Shown: positions 31,114-43,399 of the stretch, in pieces | Position numbering within the stretch: the first letter of the stretch is position 1 | How the letters are laid out: each line of letters starts with the position of its first letter | Assembly: GCA_963709905.1 (NCBI GenBank) | Contig: CAVPYI010000010.1 | Location: 8,028-72,027 of the forward strand | Reading direction: 5' to 3' | DNA from: an uncultured Gemmatimonadales bacterium | GTDB lineage: Bacteria; Gemmatimonadota; Gemmatimonadetes; Gemmatimonadales; GWC2-71-9 | DNA length: 64,000 nt | Notes under the pieces: model-generated | What the model saw: the letters and a program-made list of their open reading frames with translations, nothing else | The model's database searches: none | Told to the model about the DNA's origin: nothing | Program-made: the position numbers and the translations under genes

Positions 31114-34066
31114 GTGGGCAAGCGTTTGCTCTGGCAGGCGGGGCTTGGTGTCATGTTGCTTCTGACATCCACCGCCCTGCAGGCCCAGGATCGTCGGATC
31201 ACCGGCCGCGTCACCAAGGCCGGGACCGACACCCCGATTCCCGACGCGGAAGTGTCGGTCGTGGGGGCCCTGCAGTACCAGGCCGCGCGCAGTGGTCAGG
31301 ATGGGCGATATGCCATCACCGCGCCCGCTGGGGAAGTCCGCCTGCAGGCCCGGGCGATCGGATACACCCGGACCGAAACGGTCGTGGCGGGCAACCAGTC
31401 GACGGCCGACTTTGGGCTCGCCACCGACATCTTCCGACTGAGCGAAGTGGTGGTGACCGGACAGGCCACCACGATCGAGCGGCGCAGTGCGACCACGGCG
31501 ATCGCCTATGTCTCGGGTGAGGACATCTCGCAAGGTCTCCTCGCCGACGCTGCTCAACGCCCTGACCGGCAAGATCACCGGCGTCAACCTGCAGACGAAT
31601 TCCGGCGCCCCCGGCGGCGGCATCCAGATGCAGATTCGCGGCAACTCCACGATCCTCGGCGCCTACGACCCGCTGTACGTGGTGGACGGGGTCATCTATT
31701 CGAACGCGAGCATTCCCAGCGGTCGCGGCCTGACCAACGCCGCCGCCAGCTCGACCACCGAGGCGGACGCCGTCAATCGCATCGCCGACCTCAACCCGAC
31801 CGACATCGCCAGCATCGAGGTTCTCAAGGGCGCCGCGGCGTCGTCGATCTACGGGTCGAAGGCCTCCAACGGCGTGGTGGTGATCACCACGATTCGTGGC
31901 CAGGCCGGCCGGACCCGGACCAACATCACCCAGCGGTTCGGCGTCTTCAGCCCCCTGCGCCTGCCGGAACTGCGGCAGTGGACGCAGGACTCGGCGGTCG
32001 CAGTATTCGGCGCGGCGGCGGCGCCGTTCTTTGCCGGCAACGCCAACCCCTATTTCAACGGGTACGAGCAGGTCTACAGCAACCGGGACCTCTCCTACGA
32101 AACGGTCGCCGACGTCAGCGGCGGCACCGCGGCCACGCGCTACTATGTGTCGGGCGGGTGGAAGCGGGACGAGGGGATCGAGCGCAACACCGGCGCCACA
32201 CGGCAGAGCCTGCGGCTCAATCTCGACCAGGTCATCACACCGAAGGTCGACGTGAAGATCTCCAGTGTCTACAGCCGGAACGAGAACGACCGCGGCTGGA
32301 ACAACAACTGCAACAATTACGGTTGCCACGGGTATGCGCTGTCCTACATCCCCAGCTTCATCGACAACAGCCTCAAGAACCCGGACGGGACCTATCCGGC
32401 CCGGACAGTCGGCGTCCAATCCAACCCGATGCAGCTGACCGATCTCGGGGTGAACCACGAGGAGACCAACCGATTCACCGGTGGGTTGACCCTGGGTTGG
32501 AACGCCTGGACGACCGCGAAGCAGAGCCTGCGGCTGGTCGCCTCCGGCGGCGTGGACGCGTTCAGCCAGAGCAACGACGTCTGGACCCCCAACGACCTGT
32601 TCTTCGAGCGCCCCCAGTCGCTGCCGGGCGAGTCGATCGAGAGTGGCGGTCGCAGCCGGTTCTACAACTGGAACCTGAACGGGGTGCACACCTACAACGC
32701 GTCGGCTGGTCAGCGCCACCACGGCGTTCGGCATCCAGTACGAGGATCGCCGCCTGAACACCTTCCAGATCCGGACGCAGAACCTGCTCCCCGGCCAGCG
32801 GAACGTGAATCAGGGCACCAACATCACCGCCAACGAGGCGCTGACGCGAGGAGCGGACCTTCGCGCTGTACGCCCAGGAGGAGCTCCGGCTGATGAGCGA
32901 CCGCCTCCTGGTGCAGGCCGGCCTCCGCGCCGAGCGCAGCAGCGTCAACGGCGACATCGACAAGTACTACGTCTTCCCGAAGCTGTCCGGTTCCTATCGC
33001 TTCACGGACCTGGTCGGTTCCGGCAGCGAAGTGAAGCTGCGCGCCGCCTACGGTGAGACCGGCAACCAGCCGCTCTTCGGCCAGAAGTTCACCAACCTGG
33101 GCACGCCACAGCTCGGCGGCACCCAGGGTGTCACCGTCTCGACCGCGTCCGGCTTTGAGAACGTGGAACCCGAACGTCTCAAGGAGATCGAGGCGGGCCT
33201 CGACGGCAACGCGATGAACGGCCGCCTGACCTGGGAACTCACCGGGTTCAGCCGGAACACCACCAACCTGCTGCTCTCAGCGGGTTCCGTCGCCGTCCTC
33301 GGGCTTCACCAGCCAGGTCTTCAACGGCGGCAAGATCAAGAACTCCGGCATCGAGATCGGCCTGGGCTACACCCCGATCCAGTCGGGGCAGACCCAGTGG
33401 GTGGCACGCGGCACCTTCACCCGCTACACCAGCGAGGTCGTCGACCTGGCCGGCCTGCCGGCGTTCTTCCCGGCCTCCTCGGGCTTCGGCAACCTCGGCC
33501 GCACGCGCATCGAAGTGGGCAAGCCGATCACCCAGATGGTGGGCTTCGACTTCGACGAGGCCGGCAATCGGGCGGCCGCGCTCAGCCAGCTCGGCAACAC
33601 CGCCCCGGACTTCCGCGTCGGCTTCGTCAATGACATCAGCTACCGGTCACTCAACATCAGCGTGGTGCTCGACTGGCAGCAGGGCGGCGACGTCATCAAC
33701 CTGACCCACTTCCTGGAAGACGACGGCCGCAACTCCGCCGACTGGGGCACCCCGGCATGGGAAGCGCGGTACCAGGGCTACCTCAAGGGCCCGATCGCGC
33801 CGTACATCGAGGATGCCAGCTTCGTCAAGCTGCGCGAGCTCTCGGTGGGCGTGGACGTCCCGGCCAGCGTGGTCGGCGCGCTCAACCTCGGGCTCGAGAC
33901 GATGCGGGTCAGCCTGACGGGCCGGAACCTCTGGATGACGACCAAGTACACCGGGCTCGACCCGGAGGTCGCCAACTTCGGTGCCGCCGCGGTCCGGAAC
34001 AACCTCGACATCGGCCCCTATCCGCCAACGCGCAGCGTCTTCTTCAACATTGCCGTGGGGTTCTGA
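31114..34066 (+). CDS. SusC/RagA TonB-dependent transporter (frameshifted)
   Basis: SGAPGGG, DPLYVVDGV, SIEVLKGAAASSIYGSKASNGVVVITT, IEDASFVKLRE, YTGLDPEV. Confidence 0.92.
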
Positions 34067-35521
34067 TGACCACCTCCAATCCGACCGCCCGCTCCGCGGG
34101 CCTCCGTGTCCGGGCCGGCCTGACCGGCGCGGCCCTTGTCGGGATGCTGGCGCTTGGCGGCTGCGGCGAGTTCGACATCAAGAACACCAACGCCCCGACC
34201 GTCAAGACCCTGACCGACGCACCCACCCGGTCCATCCTGGCCCGGGCGGCCACCGGCATCTTTGCGCAGGCCTACAACGATGTCGGGACCGAGATCGCCT
34301 TCTACGCGCTCTATGGGCGTGAGGGCTACAACCTCCTCGGCAACGACCCCCGGGAGACCGGCGAGCAGATCCGCGGCCCGCAGGACCCCACCGGCACGAA
34401 ATTCCGGAATCTGGCTCGGGATCTATTCCGCCATCCGCACGATCAACGTCTACCTGACCGCGCTCCCCCAGGCGGCCGGGATGAGCGAGGCGGAGGTCAA
34501 GGCGTCATCGGGGTTTGCCAAGACGATGAAGGCCTGGCATATCCACCGCCTCGCGGTGCGAACCGGTCAGCTCGGCATCCCGCTCGATGTCGACCAGCCG
34601 ATCACTGCCGCGCCGGCACCGTTCGTCAGCTTCAGTGCCGCCATGGAGGCGGCGTCGGCCCTGATGGATGAGGCCAACGCGGATCTCCTCGCCGCCGGCA
34701 GTGCGGCGTTCCCGTTTACCGTCGCCCCGGGCTACACCGGCTTCACCACGCCGGCGACCTTCGCCAGGTTCAACCGGGCGCTGGCGGCCAAGATGCTGGT
34801 CCAGCGCGCCACGTTCAACAACTGCACGGCCTGCTGGGCCCAGGCCAGCACCGCCATGAATGCGTCGTTCGTGACGACGGCCGGCCTGCCCGGGGCACTC
34901 TCCACCGGCGTCAACTACTTCTATTCGACCGCCTCGGGAGAGCCCGCGAATCCCGTCACCGAGAATCTGACGTCAGACCGGTACTGGGTGCACCCAACCA
35001 TCGTCACCGGCGCTCAGCTCCAGATCGGCGGGGCAGCGGACCTCCGATTGACAAGAAAGGTCCTGGCGGCGGGGCGCACCAAGACGCTCAACGAATTGAG
35101 CGCCACCCACAAACCGGTGCTCTACAACAGCACCACCGCCCCGGCCTCGGCGAACCTCGGCGCGCCGATCCCCTGGATCAACAACGAGGAGCTGCTCCTG
35201 CTCCGCGCCGAGATCCGCTGGAACACCGCCAACAAGCAGGGCGCGCTCGACGACATCAACCTGGTGCGCCTGCACGCCGGAGGCTTGGCGGCGTCAGCGC
35301 TGACGACCGGCAGCGCGAACAACGACTTCGTCACCGAGCTGCTCTACAACCGGACCTACTCGCTGATGTGGACGCAGGGTACGCGGTGGATCGATGCGCG
35401 GCGCTATGGCCGGACCCAGCAGCTGCCACAGGATCGGGCCGGCGACACCCGGTTCGAGAACATGATCGTGCCGGCGGCCGAGTGCGATTCGCGCAGCCTG
35501 CCGTCGCCGTGCACACCGTAG
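34066..35521 (+). CDS. SusD/RagB nutrient-binding lipoprotein (frameshift near 34400)
   Basis: Start overlaps the susC stop; lipobox LGGC; EELLLLRAE, GTRWIDARRYG. Confidence 0.88.
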
Positions 35522-35562
35522 GAGCCTGACCGCCAGCAGATCAGCGCCGGCGCACGAAAGGA

Positions 35563-35601
35563 GGGGCTGGAGGCCGGGGCAGTTTCCCGGTTTCCAGCCC
35601 C
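35563..35601. terminator. hairpin between convergent genes
   Basis: ggggctggaggccggg...cccggtttccagcccc. Confidence 0.55.
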
Positions 35602-35629
35602 GCTTCCGTTCCCACGCCGAGCCCCGCGC

Positions 35630-37030
35630 TCAGCCTGTCGCCGACCGCCTGACGGGCTCCAGCCGCGCGGTGAAATGCCGCAGGGCGGGTGCCTGCTCAA
35701 CGATACGGTAGGCCGGCAGGTGGTGCCGGTCGGCGTGCACCGCCAGGATCACCTCGGACAGATAGTCCACATGGCTCTGGGTGTAACTCCGCCGGGGGAA
35801 CGCGAGGCGCACCAGTTCCATCGCCGCGGGCCGCTCCACCCCGTCGGGGTGCATCCCGAACATGACTGTGCCGATTTCCACTCCGCGGACCCCACCGATC
35901 CGGTACAGGGCATTGTTGAAGGACCAGGCCGGGTAGTCCTCGGGGCGCAAGTGCGGGGCAGCGGCCGCGGCGTCGATGTAGATGGCGTGCCCACCCGGCG
36001 GCTCCACGATGGCAACTCCCGCGGCAGTCAACCGCTCGCCCAGGTACGCGATCGAGCGGACCCGGTAGCGCAGGTAGTGCTCATCCAGCGCCTCGTGGAG
36101 CCCCAACGCGATCGCCTCGAGGTCGTAGCCGGCCAGCCCGCCATAGGTGGGAAACCCCTCGGTCAGAATCAGCAGGCTGCGGCAGCGCGCCGCCAGTTCG
36201 GGATCCTGCATGGCCAGGAACCCGCCAATGTTTGCCATGCCATCCTTCTTGGCGCTCATGGTGCAGCCATCTGCCAGCGCAAACATCTCGCGGGCGATCG
36301 CCGCGGGCGTGTGCCCGCTGTAGCCCTCCTCCCTCGTCTTGATAAACCAGCTGTTTTCGGCAAATCGGCAGGCATCCAGAAAGAAGGGGATGCCGTGACG
36401 CCGGGCCAAGGCGCTGACCGACCGGATGTTGTCCATGCTGACCGGCTGGCCGCCCCCGGAATTGTTGGTCACCGTCAGCATGATCAGCGGGATCCGCTCG
36501 CGCCCCACCGTGCGGATGGTCTCGGCGAGGGCCTCAAGGTCCATATTGCCCTTGAAGGGATACCGACTGGACGGCACCCTCCCCTCTGCCACCACCAAGT
36601 CGCGCGCCTCCGCGCCACAATGCTCGATGTTGGCCCGGGTGGTGTCGAAGTGGGTGTTGCTCGGCACCACGTCACCGCGGCCGAGCATGGTCGTGAAGAG
36701 GATGTGCTCGGCGGCCCGGCCCTGATGGGTCGGAATCACCTGCCGGTACCCGGTGATATCGCGAACGGCAGCCTCGAACCGGAAGTAGGAGCTGGCACCG
36801 GCATACGATTCGTCGCTGGCGATCATCCCCGCCCACTGCTTGGCCGACATGGCGCCGGTGCCGCTGTCGGTCAGCAGGTCAATCAACACCTCCTCGGCTC
36901 GCAGCTGGAACGGATTGTGTCCGGCACGATCCAACGCGGCCACCCGCTCCTCCGGGGAGGTGAAGTGAATCGGCTCCACCGATCGAATCTTGAACGGCTC
37001 GATGATGGTACGAGGGGTGAACTGCGCCAC
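35630..37030 (-). CDS. tnaA: tryptophanase (beta-eliminating lyase family)
   Basis: EPFKI, IDLLTDSGT, THQGRAAE, MSAKKDG (PLP lysine), EGFPTYGGL. Confidence 0.88.
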   Translation of the reverse strand: MAQFTPRTIIEPFKIRSVEPIHFTSPEERVAALDRAGHNPFQLRAEEVLIDLLTDSGTGAMSAKQWAGMIASDESYAGASSYFRFEAAVRDITGYRQVIPTHQGRAAEHILFTTMLGRGDVVPSNTHFDTTRANIEHCGAEARDLVVAEGRVPSSRYPFKGNMDLEALAETIRTVGRERIPLIMLTVTNNSGGGQPVSMDNIRSVSALARRHGIPFFLDACRFAENSWFIKTREEGYSGHTPAAIAREMFALADGCTMSAKKDGMANIGGFLAMQDPELAARCRSLLILTEGFPTYGGLAGYDLEAIALGLHEALDEHYLRYRVRSIAYLGERLTAAGVAIVEPPGGHAIYIDAAAAAPHLRPEDYPAWSFNNALYRIGGVRGVEIGTVMFGMHPDGVERPAAMELVRLAFPRRSYTQSHVDYLSEVILAVHADRHHLPAYRIVEQAPALRHFTARLEPVRRSATG

Positions 37031-37068
37031 GCCGGACCTCCTGGGGATGGGGCCGCCTGCCTACGCAA

Positions 37069-37093
37069 TCGGCCCCCGAATATCGGGGGCCGA
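37069..37093. terminator. hairpin
   Basis: tcggcccccga-ata-tcgggggccga between the symporter gene and tnaA. Confidence 0.5.
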
Positions 37094-37139
37094 TGCTGAA
37101 GCGATCGTGAAGGCGGCGCGGACCGCCCGTGCCAGGAGC

Positions 37140-38835
37140 TCAGGCTGGACCCCCCACCGCCCGGGGGCCCCCAAGCGCGCTCACCAGCACTCCCACGACC
37201 ACCACGGTCACCGCCCCCACCACATTGTGCCAGAGGAAGGAAACTTCCGGCGCTCCGAAATTGACGGCGGCGACTGCACCCATTCCGGCGATCAGTCCCA
37301 GGAAGGCGCCGGCACCCCGGGCAGAGGGGATCATCGCCAGGAGGAATACGCCGAGGATCGAACCATAGAAGAAGGACCCGAACCGATTCACCACCTCGAT
37401 CAGCGAACCGAGGTTGACGGCGTAGGTCGCCACCACGCAGGCAAACAGACCCCACAGCGCGGTGGCCAGCTTCGAGACCCGAAGCAGGTGGGCATCCGTC
37501 CCGTCCGGGCGCACCCACCGGCGATAGAAATCGATCACGGTGGCGGTTGAAAGCGAGTTGAGCTCGGCAGCGATGCTCGACATCGCCGCCGCCAGGACGC
37601 CAGCGATGAAGAGGCCCGCCAATCCGAGTGGCAAATGGTCGAGCACGAACCTGGGGATGATGTAGTTGACGTCGCGCGCCGGCTGGAGCGTGACACGCTC
37701 CGCCAGTGCGAGGGCCTCTGTGCGCACCGCGCTGACATCGGCCTCACGGAGGGCGAACGCATCGCGGGCAGCCGACACGCGGGGGGCATCCCCCGCCTCG
37801 CTCGCCTCGGAGACCGCATGGGCCGCCACATTCCGGGCCGCGAACGCATCCGCGAATTGGCCCTCGAGTGCGGCGAGCGCCGCCGGCTCCGCCTCGCGGA
37901 CCTGCCGTTCATGGGCCGGGTTGTAGAGCAGCGGTGGGGCCTGGAAGAGGTAGAACACGAAAACCAGGACCCCCACCAGCAGCACCAGAGCCTGCAGCGG
38001 GATCTTCCAGTAGGCACTCATGAGCAGCGAACTGCGGGCCTCATCGACCGAGCTGGCGGTCAGGTAGCGCTGGACCTGGCTCTGGTCGGTCCCGAAGTAC
38101 GAGAGCATCAGGAAGGTTCCGCCGAGGATCCCCGACCAGAAGGTGTAGGTGTTCGTGAGGTCGAAGGAGAAATCGAAGACCTTCAGGCGACCGGCGGCGC
38201 CCGCGACCTCGAGCGCCTCCGTGGTGGGAATCGGCATCTTGAGCGAGCAGGACCACCACCATCCCGCCCAGCGCCACCACGATCAGGACCATCTGCTTGA
38301 CGTCGGCCCACGCCACCGCCTGGACCCCGCCGAGCACGGTGTAGATCACGGTCGGGATGCCGATCAACGCGACCGACCATGCCATGTCCCACCCGAAGAT
38401 CGCCGAGAAGACAACCGCCGGGCGCGGCGATGATGGTGCCGACACGACATGCCCGCGCGAAAGCAGGAAGAGGAAGCTGGTGAGCGAGCGGGTCTGCGGG
38501 TTGAAGCGCTTCTCGAGGTACTCGTAGGCCGTGAAGACCTTCGCGCCGTGGAGGAACGGCACCAGGGTCACCCCGAGGATGACCATCGCCAGCGGCAACC
38601 CGAAGTAGAACTGCACGAATCGCAGCCCATCGGTGGCCCCCTGGCCGGTGGTGCCGATCATGGTGACGGCGGAGAGCTGGGTGGCCATGACCGAGAGCCC
38701 AACCACCCACCACGGCAGGCTCCGGTTGGCGAGGAAATAGCCCTCGATCTTGTCGGTACCCTTGGCGCGGCGGAGCCCGTCCAAGACCACGTACAGCAGG
38801 TAGCCGATGACGATCGTCCAGTTCAGTGGATGCAT
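37140..38835 (-). CDS. sodium:solute symporter (frameshifted)
   Basis: GYFLANRSLPWW, TAYEYLEKRF, GTDQSQVQRYL, AAAMSS. Confidence 0.9.
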
Positions 38836-38842
38836 CGTCGCC

Positions 38843-38950
38843 TCAGTTGCCGAAACGGGACTGGAGGAGCCACAACAGGACCAGCGCGACAACCTGGACC
38901 GCCATCACCCGCACCAGGGTGCGGCGGAAGCGACTCGATTCGGCGGACAT
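38843..38950 (-). CDS. small single-TM protein upstream of the symporter
   Basis: 35 aa MSAESSRFRRTLVRVMAVQVVALVLLWLLQSRFGN; gaggt RBS. Confidence 0.55.
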   Translation of the reverse strand: MSAESSRFRRTLVRVMAVQVVALVLLWLLQSRFGN

Positions 38951-39135
38951 CGGGAACCTCGGCTGGGCTGTGGGGGCGCGGGACCCGGGAACGTACGCCG
39001 CGCCCGCAGGGGATGCAACGGTGCCGAGCCGGGACGGCGGCACCGCATCCTGGCCCGGGGTGCCCCGCGGAGCCTCGGCGATCCGAGGCGGTCGGGGACT
39101 GAACCTTCCGGAAGCTCTTTCCCGTATTGTTCGGC

Positions 39136-40960
39136 ATGACCACCCCGGAATTCTTTGCCCTGCAGGACGCCGTCGCGGGACGGTACTCCCTGGTCCGTGA
39201 ACTCGGCCGGGGCGGAATGGGCGTGGTGTTTCTGGCCCGTGACATCAGTCTGGATCGAGCGGTGGCCATCAAACTCCTGCCGCCCGCCTTTGCTGAAAAT
39301 CCGGAACTCCGCGCCCGGTTCCTGCGCGAGGCCAGGATCGCGGCAGGGCTCTCCCACCCGCACATCGTCCCGGTGCACGCCGTGGAGGAGGTCGCCGGGA
39401 TGGTGTTCATTGCGATGGCCTATGTCGAGGGCGAATCCCTGGGCCAGCGCATTCGCCGGGCAGGCGCCCTGCCCGTGCGCGAGGCACTACGCGTCCTGCA
39501 GGAGGTGAGCTGGGCACTCGATCATGCCCACGCACGGGGCGTCATCCACCGGGACATCAAGCCGGACAATATCCTGCTCGAGCGAGAGAGCGGCCGGGCC
39601 CTGGTCACCGATTTCGGTATCGCCTCGGGCGGTGCTGCGCTGGCCCCGGTCGATGGTACCGTCGCGGGGACGCCAGCCTACATGAGTCCGGAGCAGGCGG
39701 CGGGGGCACCGGCCGATGCCCGGGCCGACCTCTATGCGCTCGGGGTGACGGCGTGGTACGCCCTGACTGGCCAGCCACCATACGACGGCAGGGATGCGCC
39801 GGCTCTGACTTGGCAGCACGCCACTGAACCGGTCCCCGCCCTGCTGGCTGCCGCTCCGAGAGTGCCGGCGCGCCTGGCATCACTGATCGAGCGCGCCATG
39901 GCCAAGGACCCGGCCGATCGACCGACGGACGCCGCCGAGCTCGCCGCCGGGCTCGAAGCGATCCGGGGAACCCACGCGGCCCATGTGCCAGCTCCCCTGC
40001 GGGCGTTCCTCCGAGAGGCGGACATCGCGGTTCGCGAAATCGGCGTCATGGCCACCGCCGTCACCGTAACGGGAAGTCTGGCGCTGGCGCTACGGTTGTT
40101 CAGCAGCGGCATCAACCAGTCGATCCTCTCCTCCATCTTCGTGCTCGCCATGGTCCTGGCCGGCGGCGCCGGCCTGGTCCGGCTGGGCCAGATCCTGGAG
40201 GCAGCCCGCGCCCTCCTCCGCCAGGGTTACGATCACCGCTCCCTGGCCGGTGCAGCCCTGAGCGCCCGGGAGGAGCAGGTCGAGGAACGGGCCCTGGCCG
40301 TTGCGGCACCGGGTCACTCACGGAGGGAGGGCGCTGGCCTCGTCGCCCTCGGAGTGGTCAAGTCGGCGGCAATGATCGCGGTCACCATCGGTGGTTGGGG
40401 CCCGGGTTGGGTGCAAGGAATCGCACTGGTCGGGGCGATCGTGGTCCCGACCGTCACCGTCCGGAAACTGTGGCTGACGCTCCGCCCGGGGCGGGGCGGC
40501 TGGCTCAAGGCGCTGGCCGGCAACGTCGGGCGGGGGCTGCTCCGCCTCGCCAGCCTCGGATTGGGACACCGGGGATCTCCACCCGATGTCGCCGCGAGCG
40601 ATCTGACCGTCGCGGCGATCGGACAGGATGCCGACGCAATGTTCCGGGCCCTCCCGCAGGCCGACCGCCAACGCCTGGCCAGCCTGCAGCCGGTGATCGC
40701 CAAGCTGACCGCCGACGCGGCCCAGCTGCACGCCGCCGGTGACCTCCCCGGGGCCCGGACCAGGCTGGCGACGGTTGCCGCCGCCCTCGACACCGATTCG
40801 CCTGGACCTCCTCCGCGTGCGTGCCGGCGCACTTTCCGCCATGGAACTGACGGATCAGCTCGGGGTCATTGCGGAGGTGCACGAGGCGATTCGCCGGCAT
40901 GAGAGTGCGGAGGTCGAGGTGGTTCGCCTGCTGAGAGATCCCAGCCCGACGTCCGGTCTG
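39136..40960 (+). CDS. membrane Ser/Thr protein kinase (C-terminal frameshift, end approximate)
   Basis: LGRGGMG, VAIK, HRDIKPDN, DFG, GTPAYMSPEQ, followed by TM helices. Confidence 0.9.
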
Positions 40961-41045
40961 ATCGCGCCCATCCGTCCGGCTGGGCCCCCCGATCGCCCCA
41001 CGTATCATTCTGAATCCTCGCTGCCCAGGAATCGTAGTGCCTGCC

Positions 41046-43285
41046 ATGCTGCTCTCCACCCTGTTCCTGCTCGCCGTCCAGGCCCCCGCCATCCCCGCCG
41101 ACAGCTACGCCGACTCGGCGACCGCCGCCCTGGTGGCCAACGCCCGGGCCGCCCGGGACCGCAACGAACGCCTGGTGACCTCCTACACCGCAGAGGTGTC
41201 GCAACGGATCGGCGTGGGAGTCAGAGCCCTTTCCCGCGACCGGATGCTCTTCCGCCAGGAGGTGACAGCCCAGATCTCCTGGAATCGGGATAGCAGGAGT
41301 ACGATCGAAGTGACCGGGCTGCGGCAGGCAGTCCCGGTGGCAAGCCGAGAGGATGAGCTCCCGCGCAACATTCCCTCCGAGGTGCGCGATCTCGTCGTCA
41401 ATCCCGGTGAGGACTACCTGTTCGTCCTCGGCAACGACGCCGACGGCTTCCTGTACCCGCTCGCCGTTGGCGCCGAGGCGCTCTACAAGTATGCCAAGGG
41501 GGACAGCACCCGGATTGAGCTCCCCAGCGGCAGTGTGATCCGGCTGGTCGAACTCCGGGTGACGCCCCGGCGTGCCGATTGGCAGCTGGTCTCGGGATCC
41601 CTCTGGTTCGATGCCGACAGCTACGCCCTGGTCCGCGCGGTGTTCAGGCCGGCGCGGCCCTATGAGTTCCGCCGCGACAGCGATCCGGACGATCGGGAAG
41701 ACGTCCCCTCGTTCGTGAACGGAACCGGCGAGCTCAAGCACATCACCATGGAATACGGCCTGTACGAGAATCGCTGGTGGATGCTGCGCTACGTGGCACT
41801 GGAAGGCGTGGGCACCGTTGGCAAGTGGATGAACGTGCCGGTGCGATTTGAGCGGGTCTACTCCGAGTATGAGGTGGAGGGTGGCACGCCTCGGCCGGTA
41901 GGCCTGGAGTTCCGGTCTGCCGGCACCAGGAGGCGGCCGGAGAACGACTCGCTCGGGGTGGCGCCGCGTTCCCGGGAGGCACGCCGGATCGATGCCGACA
42001 GCATCGCCCGGGTGGTGCAGGAGTGCGTCCGCCAGCGCCGCGCGGCCGGTGGTGAGGACGGTACCCCGCTGGCCGCGGATTCGAGCGGCCTGGAGGTCCT
42101 CCGCGACAGCTGCGGGCGTCTGGCGCGGGGCGATACCGCCCTCGCCGTCGTCGTCCCGCAGGACCGGGAATCGCTGCTGACCAGCCCAACGCTGGGCCCC
42201 CCGATCCTCTCGATGGGCGACCTGATCACGGAGGACGAAATCCGCGGCCTGGCCTCCGCGATTCGGGGGCTGCCGACCCCGCCGCTCGACCGGCGCCTCG
42301 AACTGCCGCAGGGGCTGGGCGCCCTTCTCCAGCACGCCCGCTACAATCGGGTGGAGGCGCTGTCCCTCGGCCTGCGCGGCGCCGCCTCGTGGGGCAACTT
42401 CCAGCTGGACGCACTCGGGCGCATCGGCGTTGGTGACCTCGAGCCCAACGGAGAGCTGGGCATCGGTCGGCAGGGTACCGGCTCGATTTGGCGCCTCGGT
42501 GGCTTCCGGCGGCTGGCAGTGGCCAACGCAGACTCCCGCGCCCTCAGCGCGGTGAACAGCCTCTCGGCCCTGCTCCTGCAACGCGACGACGGCGAGTACT
42601 ACCGCACCATGGGCGCAGAATTCATGGGCCAGTCCTCCCAAGGTGGGTGGCTGACCTGGCGCCTCTATGCCGAGCGCCAGCGACCGGCATTTCAGGAGAC
42701 CAACGCAAGCCTTCCCCGCCTGTTCAGCACCGGGCAGCTCTTTCGGCCCAACTTCGTGGCCGACAGTGCCGACCAGATGGGCGTGAACCTCGGACTTCGG
42801 ATCGGGACAGCGCTCTCGCGCACGGTCTGGGTCGGAGGCGACGCCGCGATCGATGCCGCCACGGGCGACTTCGAGTTCGGTCGCGGTTCGGCGACACTCC
42901 GAGCCATCATCACCCCGGAACGGAGGCTGGGCGCTGGCCCTCGAAGGGATCTGCCGGCACCAGTCGGGGCGTGCTTCCGACCCAGAGCCGGTTCTACCTG
43001 GGTGGCCCAGCCAACCTGCGCGGGTACGCTGGTGGGGTCATCGCCGGTGAAGCCTACTGGAGAGTCCGTGCCGAGGTGGGCAACGCATTCCCAGCCGCCA
43101 GGCTCACCCTCTTCAGCGATCTGGGATGGGCCGGGAATCGCGGGGACTTCCGCACCGGCAAGCCGCTCCTCGGATCCGGCGTCGGTGCCAGCTTCCTGGA
43201 CGGACTGGTGCGGATGGACCTCTCCCGCGCGATGCGGGGCCCGACTGGGTGGCGGTTCGACCTGTATTTCGATGGGAGGTTGTAG
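41046..43285 (+). CDS. putative outer-membrane beta-barrel protein (frameshift near 42935)
   Basis: Signal peptide; RYNRVEAL, FYLGGPANLRGY; C-terminal WRFDLYFDGRL. Confidence 0.7.
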
Positions 43286-43399
43286 GCGCGGGTCAGGGGG
43301 GCCCCGCTGCCCCTCCCCCTGCCCCACCGCCCCACCGATCGGTACCTTCCGGAGTCCCCAACACCGATCTCATCAACCTGCCGGATCAGGAGTCGCCCC

